Shown: piece after piece, positions 58,254 through 64,000 of the stretch
How positions within the stretch are numbered: the stretch's first letter is position 1
How the letters are laid out: every line of letters starts with the position of its first letter
Source: Candidatus Latescibacterota bacterium
Lineage (GTDB): Bacteria > Latescibacterota > UBA2968 > UBA8231
DNA length: 64,000 nt
NCBI GenBank assembly: GCA_965261395.1
Contig: OZ253462.1
Location: 6,176,001 to 6,240,000 of the forward strand
Direction: 5' to 3'
The notes under the pieces: generated by a model
The model's input: the letters and a program-made list of their open reading frames with translations, nothing else
What the model was told of the DNA's origin: nothing
Databases searched by the model: none
Position numbers and translations under genes: made by a program

Positions 58254-58803
58254 ATATGCTTTGGCTCGTCGTAAGGCTCGGAATCTTCTGCAAGAATGCC
58301 ATATTACCGAACCACCTGTGCCGGTGAAGCGACTTACCGCACAGTGCGGGGCCATCCTACGGCTTGAGCCGTTCGATGGCGATATTTCTGGAATTGTGTC
58401 CGAGCAGACTAATGGCTCGTCCATCATTGGCGTGAATTCCACGCAATCGCCAACACGTCAACGATTCACGATCGCTCACGAAATCGGCCATCTTTTGCTT
58501 CACAAAGGGGAGGATATTCACATAGACGAGAAGCCGTTGAGCAAGTTTCTCATATCAAGGAGAAGGGACAACATCTCCAGTCAGGCAACAGATGATCGTG
58601 AGATCGAGGCTAATCAGTTTGCAGCAGAACTACTTATGTCCGAGGAGTTCATACGTCAGAGCGTTGGAGATCTTGACCCAGAGACCTCGGTTGATGAAGC
58701 AATCGAAAGTCTATCCCGTCTGTTTCAAGTAAGCCCAATTGCGATCACATACCGCCTGACCAACCTGGGAATACTATACTCGCCAGATGAAGTGGCCGGC
58801 TGA
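58243..58803 (+). CDS. capP: ImmA/IrrE metallopeptidase, CapP-like
   Basis: RQRFTIAHEIGH, EIEANQFAAELLM. Confidence 0.8.
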   Translation: MAPRYALARRKARNLLQECHITEPPVPVKRLTAQCGAILRLEPFDGDISGIVSEQTNGSSIIGVNSTQSPTRQRFTIAHEIGHLLLHKGEDIHIDEKPLSKFLISRRRDNISSQATDDREIEANQFAAELLMSEEFIRQSVGDLDPETSVDEAIESLSRLFQVSPIAITYRLTNLGILYSPDEVAG

Positions 58804-58849
58804 CTCTACCTTCGCGAAGCAAGAACGCGAATGCCCGCTCCTAGAATAA

Positions 58850-59275
58850 GCGCCGTCCTTGCAAAGGATGACACCTGTCTTGAGAATCCGACGGATGATC
58901 AAGCGTTGAGGTAGTTGCTATAAGGAGCGGAGCTATCATCCTCAGTACCGAACTCATTAACTTGAAAACGACAGGTTCCAGTCCTATTGTTTTTATAACT
59001 GACTGCTCAACAATGAGTTATGAAGATAAAATCTTGGAAATGAAAAATCCCGGATTTCAATCAGTATTCTTCTAGTTTCCCTATGAGAAGCGTTCCCAGA
59101 ATATTCCGATTTGGGGCAAACCTGTCGTTTTCAAGTCATTAAGACGCCCTTGCGCTGTATCGAGTACGTCATCATGCACGAACTCTGTCATCTGCGCATC
59201 CATGACCCAGTCCAGCGTTTTTCCGATTGCTCAACCGCTATATGCCGATTGGGAATAAGGAAATTGCAGCTTGAT
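58850..59275 (+). pseudogene. YgjP/DUF45 (M48-like) metallopeptidase remnant split by MITE
   Basis: IRRMIKR*GSC ... IILSTELI|KTPLRCIEYVIMHELCH. Confidence 0.8.
58961..59135. mobile_element. 175-bp MITE
   Basis: Perfect 17-bp TIR cttgaaaacgacaggtt; 7-bp TSD tcattaa (58954-58960, 59136-59142). Confidence 0.9.
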
Positions 59276-59277
59276 TC

Positions 59278-59411
59278 GGTGTTGTTGCGCTAGCTGCGCT
59301 GTAGGAGGCTTACGAGTACGAGTTCAAGGCTGCGCCGGTTCCAATCCCAACAGCACGATCAAAAACGAACGCACCCAGTAGGCGCTGTTCATGTAGGGGT
59401 TTTCGGCCGAG
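59278..59411. repeat. Right direct repeat (contains the functional 3' end of the ABC SBP gene)
   Basis: ggtgttgttgcgctagctgcgctgt...gtaggggttttcg, matches 46409-46536. Confidence 0.9.
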
Positions 59412-61060
59412 GGCCAGTTTGTCCAATAGGTCTGGTTGTGGGGAATGCGGTGGAACCACTGGAGCAGGGGAATGGCCGGCAATTCGGCCAGCCAGATCTC
59501 GAGGGCTTGGCGAAACAGCGGCACGAGCGCTGGATCGTCGGGCGCGGTCTGGCCCATGAGATCGACCAAGCGGTCGAAATCCGCGTTGCGCCAGCGCCAG
59601 AAGGACTGGGTAGCCGTGCCGGTGGGTTGGACGTAGCGGCTGTGGTAGAGCCGGAGAGTGAAGTACGGGTCGCGCACTGAGCCGCCGTTGCCCATGATAA
59701 AGGCGCGGGCCGTGCCCTGAGTCATGCGGGTATAGGCGTCGGAAAACATGCGGAAGGAAGAGTCGAAACCCGCGCGGCGCAGTTGTTCGACCAGCACGGG
59801 CGTGAAGTCTTGGAAGAGGGAGGGAAAGACGACGACGGGAATCCTCAGGCGCTCGCCGTTCTGCTGCCACATACCTTCCGCATCTCTGCTCCAGCCCTTG
59901 CGCTCCATGATGGCTGCGGTCTGGGCTAGGTCGTGTTTCCCCACTGGATACTTTGCTAGCAGATCTTGGACTTGGTTGATGTAGTGCATCAGCGGCGGGA
60001 AGTGGGGGAACGGCAACAGGGTGTACTCGCCAGCTCCTTGCCAGCCGATGGCCACGAGCTGGTCGCGGTCAATGGCGTAGTTTACGGCCCAGCGAATGTC
60101 CGGGTCGTCGAAGGGTGGCTCTAGGTTGTTAAAGCCGAGGGCCGGCGGCCACCAGTCCCGATAGCCGTAGGGCAGTTGGCGGCCCGACCACGTGGTGACG
60201 TTGGGGTTTTGGTCGAGGAGGGTCTTGATGTTGGAGGGCCGCAAGTCAATGCACTGATCCATCTGGTTGGCGAGGATGAGCTGGACCCACTTGTTCTCGT
60301 CGCCTTGGGGCAGGTAGATGATGCGCTCGACCCGGGGCAGGCGCTGAAAGCCGATTTGGGCGGCCCACCAGTCCTCGCGCAGATCCCAGAGCCGTTGCTG
60401 AGGCCCGGAGAGGGCGAGGCGGTAGGGGCCGCTGACGACCGGCAGGCCACGGGCCAAGTCGAGGTTTCTGAACGAAGTCGGATCCTCGCCTTCCCAGATG
60501 TGCTTGGGCACGATGTGGATGCCGTTGCCGAAGTTGTAGGTAAAATAGGAGAACACAAAGCGGGGGTTGGGCGCTTTGAGCACGAACCGCGCCGTCAGCG
60601 AATCCGGGACTTCGACTGCGGCTACCCAAGTGTCCATGTCGGTGGAAAAGGCCAGCTCCGGGGCGTGGGCCTTGAGCATGTCAACGGTGAACTTGAGATC
60701 GTGGGCAGTCCAAGGCCGCCCGTCGCTCCACGCCACCCCCTTGCGAATGTGGATCGTCACTTCCGTATAGTCAGCGTTGTACTCGTGGCCTTCGGCGATC
60801 CAGGGTATGACGTGGTCTTTTTCTACGTACGCGTTGTAGAAGTAGAGCGGCTCAAACAGGTAGTCGAAGCCCGGGGATTGGGTGCCGACGATAAAGGGAT
60901 TAAATGAGTCGTAGTCCCGCATCTGCGGCAGACCGAGGATGAGGGTGCGGTTGCGGGGGACGTGCTTTATGGTCCCCTCGTCGGAGCCACAGCCGGCGAG
61001 CGCTAGGCCGCCGAGCAAGCCCAAGGCGGCGAGTTTTGTCTTTTGGAGGAATTTGCTCAT
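59324..61060 (-). CDS. ABC transporter family 5 (peptide/oligosaccharide) substrate-binding lipoprotein
   Basis: LAGC lipobox; IRKGVAWSDG.PWTAHD; PPFDDPDIRWA. Confidence 0.92.
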   Translation of the reverse strand: MSKFLQKTKLAALGLLGGLALAGCGSDEGTIKHVPRNRTLILGLPQMRDYDSFNPFIVGTQSPGFDYLFEPLYFYNAYVEKDHVIPWIAEGHEYNADYTEVTIHIRKGVAWSDGRPWTAHDLKFTVDMLKAHAPELAFSTDMDTWVAAVEVPDSLTARFVLKAPNPRFVFSYFTYNFGNGIHIVPKHIWEGEDPTSFRNLDLARGLPVVSGPYRLALSGPQQRLWDLREDWWAAQIGFQRLPRVERIIYLPQGDENKWVQLILANQMDQCIDLRPSNIKTLLDQNPNVTTWSGRQLPYGYRDWWPPALGFNNLEPPFDDPDIRWAVNYAIDRDQLVAIGWQGAGEYTLLPFPHFPPLMHYINQVQDLLAKYPVGKHDLAQTAAIMERKGWSRDAEGMWQQNGERLRIPVVVFPSLFQDFTPVLVEQLRRAGFDSSFRMFSDAYTRMTQGTARAFIMGNGGSVRDPYFTLRLYHSRYVQPTGTATQSFWRWRNADFDRLVDLMGQTAPDDPALVPLFRQALEIWLAELPAIPLLQWFHRIPHNQTYWTNWPSAENPYMNSAYWVRSFLIVLLGLEPAQP

Positions 61061-61127
61061 ACTTGTCTCGCTAATGCGTGCGCTTGCAAAGGGTGCGCAA
61101 CATCCGAATAATAGAGGAACGTATAAT

Positions 61128-62288
61128 ATGGCGATGATAAGGATTTTTTTGCTTATGGCAGCACTGCACGGCGCGAATGTAGCCCTAGCGGAGACCGAGG
61201 TCAAAGGCCGGCCAACCCTAGTACTCAACGGCGAGGTGGCCCAAGTTGTCGTCGATTTGCTGGGCGGCTCGATTGCGGATTTCCACTTGCGGGACCAGGA
61301 TGTCAACCCGCTTTCATGGGGGCGGGAAGGAGCCGCAGAAGAGCCGAGTGCAATGGGACACTTTCTCTGCCTAGACCGCTGGGCGTCGGTCTCGGAGGCC
61401 GAGGCCGAAAATGGCATGCCCGGCCACGGCGAAGCCTCGGCCGTGCCGTGGCGGGTCGTGCGCGGTCCCGAGGAGCGAGACGGCTTCATCGAGGCCGAGA
61501 TGGCCGCCACCTTGCCGCTGGCCGGCTTTGAGGTGAGGCGCTGGCTGCGGCTGGCCAAGGACCGCGCCTTGCTCACCGTGCGCGAAGAGGTCGAAAACAC
61601 CGGCGTGCTCGGACGCATGTACAATATGGTCCAGCACCCGACCATTGGGCCGCCCTTTCTCGACGAGACCACGGTAGTTGACGCCAACGCCCGCAAGGGC
61701 TACATGGTCTATAGCCCCATGCCCAACCCCGAAGAGCCGGCGGTGTTTTGGCCGGAGGCGCGCAAATTGGCGAGCGGGGACGAGGTCGATATGCGCTACT
61801 TGGGAGGCGACGACGACCCAACCAACGCGGGCTATAGCTTCGACGGCGACTACGGCTGGGTCGCAGCCAGCACGGCGAGCAAGGGCCTGCTCATCGGCTA
61901 TATCTGGAAAACGGCTGAGTACCCTTGGCTCAACATCTGGCGCAACTCAGACGCGGGAGAGCCCGTGGCCCGGGGACTCGAATTCGGCACCACGAGTTTG
62001 CCCCTGCCGCCGGCGGCTATCGCGGCCAAGGGAAAAATCTTCGATATCCCGCTCTTTGAATTTCTCGACGCTGGGCAGACTGTCGCCAAAGTCTATGCGG
62101 CCTTTCTCTTTGAGATCCCGTCCGACTACGCTGGGACCGAACAGGTGGCACTGCTCGATGAGCGGCTGGTCGTGCGCCCGCGCGGCACCACGGGCAATCG
62201 CGCCAAAGCTATAGAGGCTGCGGCTGGCGCTGTTGAACGCACGAATGCAGACCTAGAGATGGAAGTCGATGCGCTATTTATCGAGTAG
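61128..62288 (+). CDS. Secreted hypothetical protein, galactose-mutarotase-like fold
   Basis: Signal peptide; HGE, QHPT, GLEFGT. Confidence 0.65.
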   Translation: MAMIRIFLLMAALHGANVALAETEVKGRPTLVLNGEVAQVVVDLLGGSIADFHLRDQDVNPLSWGREGAAEEPSAMGHFLCLDRWASVSEAEAENGMPGHGEASAVPWRVVRGPEERDGFIEAEMAATLPLAGFEVRRWLRLAKDRALLTVREEVENTGVLGRMYNMVQHPTIGPPFLDETTVVDANARKGYMVYSPMPNPEEPAVFWPEARKLASGDEVDMRYLGGDDDPTNAGYSFDGDYGWVAASTASKGLLIGYIWKTAEYPWLNIWRNSDAGEPVARGLEFGTTSLPLPPAAIAAKGKIFDIPLFEFLDAGQTVAKVYAAFLFEIPSDYAGTEQVALLDERLVVRPRGTTGNRAKAIEAAAGAVERTNADLEMEVDALFIE

Positions 62289-63903
62289 GTTTTGGGGTGC
62301 GCTGGCCCTGTTGTTGGCTGGGTGTGGCGAGGACGGGACCGGGACCATCGTCGCCCGGGTCGGCGAGGTGGAGATTGGGCAGGCGGAGTTGGCGGCTTTT
62401 GTCGAGCGCCTGCCGCCGGGGTTGCGCAGCCCCAAGGAAGGACGCGCGGCCGACCGGGAGCACTTGCAGTCGATGATCGACGAGGAGCTGATGTTTGCCG
62501 AGGCGCGTGCGCTCGGGATCGACACCAGCTTGGCGGTTGAGCACCAGCTCCGCGAAATGGTGCGGCAGCGCCTAGTGGAGCGCTACCGCGCCCAAGTCAT
62601 TGTGCCGCAGGTGGAAGTCACAGCCGAAGATGTCGAGCGCGCCTTTGCGGAGATGGGGTTTGACCGCGAGCGGCTCTTCAGTCGCGTCTTGGTGCGCTCC
62701 CCCGAGGAGCTGGAGGCGGTCGGGCGCAGTCTGCGCGAGGGTCAGTCCTTTGAAGAAGTAGCCGCGCGCTTTGCCGCCAACGATCTCTTCGCCTCGCAAG
62801 GAGACGGCGTGGTCGGCTGGGTCGGGCGCACGCAAGCCGAGCGGCGGTTCTCCATCCCGCCTGCCGTCTTTGCGAGTTTATCCGTCGAGCAAGTGGCCGA
62901 GCCGGTTGCGCTGGCTGGCGGGTATCAGGTCTTCCGCTTTGTCGAGGACCGCCCGACCGCGCTCGCCGATTATAGTGAGGAAGTGGCCGAGCGGCTGCGC
63001 AAGGAACGGACGCGGGAGAAGGAAGAGGAGGAGTTTGAACGCCTCCGCCTCCGCTACGACGTGCGCCTAGATCCAGAGGGCGAGGCCATTTTGCTCCAGC
63101 GCTCGGATCAATCCCTGACGACGGACGAGTTGAATCATCCCTTCTATACATACGAGGGCGGCGCGATTAGCGTGGCCGAGGGGTTGGGCAGCCTGCAAGC
63201 GGTTGGAGCACAGGGCCTATTGCAGGACGAGGCCGCCGAGCGGATCGGGCGCTTGCTGCTGCCGGTGCGGCTCTTTGAGGCCGAGGCCCGCAAGCGCGGC
63301 TGGACCGAGGCGGCGGCCTTTGTCGAGTGGGGCGAGCACCAGCGCCGGGCACTGATTCTCAATCAGCTCTTCCAACGGGCCACGGCCGGAGCCGCGCCCA
63401 GCGAGGACGAGATTAGAGCGCATTACGAGGCCCACAAGGACCGCTACCGCACCCAGGAGGCCGTGGTCGTCCACGAGTTGTGGACCGCCGAGCAAGAGGA
63501 CGCTGCGGCTTTGCGCGCCGAGTGGGAGGCTGGCGTGCCCATCGCCGACCTGCTCGACCGGCCTGGGGTGCGCTCGCACGTCGGCATTGAGGGGCACGGA
63601 GTGCGCGAGCACGGCTGGGAGATGCGCCTGCTGCGCCTGTACGAGCCGCGCTATCCCGAATTGGTAAAAGCGGCCTTTGCCGCTGAGGTCGGTGCGCTCG
63701 TCGGCCCGCTAGAGAGCATGAACGGGCACGCGGTGTTCCGGGTGCTGCGGCGGGAGGGCGGCCAGATCCAGCCCTTTGCCGAGGCGCGCCGCCGGGCGGC
63801 CGCCAGCTTGCGCCGCCAGCGGGAAAACCAGCGGATCGGTGCGTTTATCCGCCAGTTGCAGGATAAGTACAAGGACCAAGTCGCCGTCTTGGTGGATTGG
63901 TAG
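62269..63903 (+). CDS. Lipoprotein PpiC/SurA-type foldase with two parvulin-like domains
   Basis: LAGC lipobox; FEEVAARF; VGPLES.NGHAVFRV. Confidence 0.78.
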   Translation: MRYLSSRFWGALALLLAGCGEDGTGTIVARVGEVEIGQAELAAFVERLPPGLRSPKEGRAADREHLQSMIDEELMFAEARALGIDTSLAVEHQLREMVRQRLVERYRAQVIVPQVEVTAEDVERAFAEMGFDRERLFSRVLVRSPEELEAVGRSLREGQSFEEVAARFAANDLFASQGDGVVGWVGRTQAERRFSIPPAVFASLSVEQVAEPVALAGGYQVFRFVEDRPTALADYSEEVAERLRKERTREKEEEEFERLRLRYDVRLDPEGEAILLQRSDQSLTTDELNHPFYTYEGGAISVAEGLGSLQAVGAQGLLQDEAAERIGRLLLPVRLFEAEARKRGWTEAAAFVEWGEHQRRALILNQLFQRATAGAAPSEDEIRAHYEAHKDRYRTQEAVVVHELWTAEQEDAAALRAEWEAGVPIADLLDRPGVRSHVGIEGHGVREHGWEMRLLRLYEPRYPELVKAAFAAEVGALVGPLESMNGHAVFRVLRREGGQIQPFAEARRRAAASLRRQRENQRIGAFIRQLQDKYKDQVAVLVDW

Positions 63904-64000
63904 CGGCTAGACGGCCGCAGCCATCTTGACAGCCCTAGGTTTTGGACCCTATCTGAAAATCAAGTAATCGAAAGGGCCACCCTCTCGCACAACCCGGCGA

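Larger units (their letters stand above)
46409..59411. mobile_element. ~13-kb defence island bounded by imperfect direct repeats
   Basis: DRs 46409-46536 and 59278-59411; cargo Fic, TA genes, CBASS; no integrase seen. Confidence 0.65.

Noticed and set aside
61061-61696. N-terminal extension of the ABC SBP ORF (790 aa call)
   Set aside because: Lipoprotein signal begins at 61060; the extension is antisense to the next gene
1-64000. tRNA, rRNA, CRISPR array, prophage or integrase genes
   Set aside because: No signatures seen by eye; the many short overlapping ORFs are typical high-GC shadow frames

Overview
High-GC bacterial chromosomal segment. The TPR, ASPIC/UnbV, FG-GAP, DUF6785-like and FlgD-Ig-tailed proteins suggest a Latescibacterota/Poribacteria-like lineage (inference only). 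Core-like genes alternate with three accessory zones. (i) 15.6-28.6 kb: a type I R-M locus (short hsdS, HNH nuclease, hsdM, GxxExxY, hsdS, hsdR) with IS elements and toxin-antitoxin debris. (ii) 34.9-41.7 kb: XRE/DUF4258 pair, lipoprotein, a putative HEPN protein coupled to a Zn-ribbon DEAH helicase; this is the best candidate for an undescribed defence module. (iii) 46.4-59.4 kb: an island bounded by ~130-bp imperfect direct repeats duplicating the 3' end of an ABC-binding-protein gene. It carries Fic, TA genes and a type II CBASS operon (CD-NTase, cap2, cap3, cap4) with divergent capH/capP-like regulators, and cap2 is split by an IS903-group element with a 9-bp TSD. Other points: a DUF4956 gene split by IS5, a kinase-like/Omp85 fusion facing a phosphoesterase, a nrfH-nrfA deletion, two MITE-like elements and many orphan antitoxins. 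No rRNA, tRNA or CRISPR array was seen. All family assignments are by motif recognition, without database searches.
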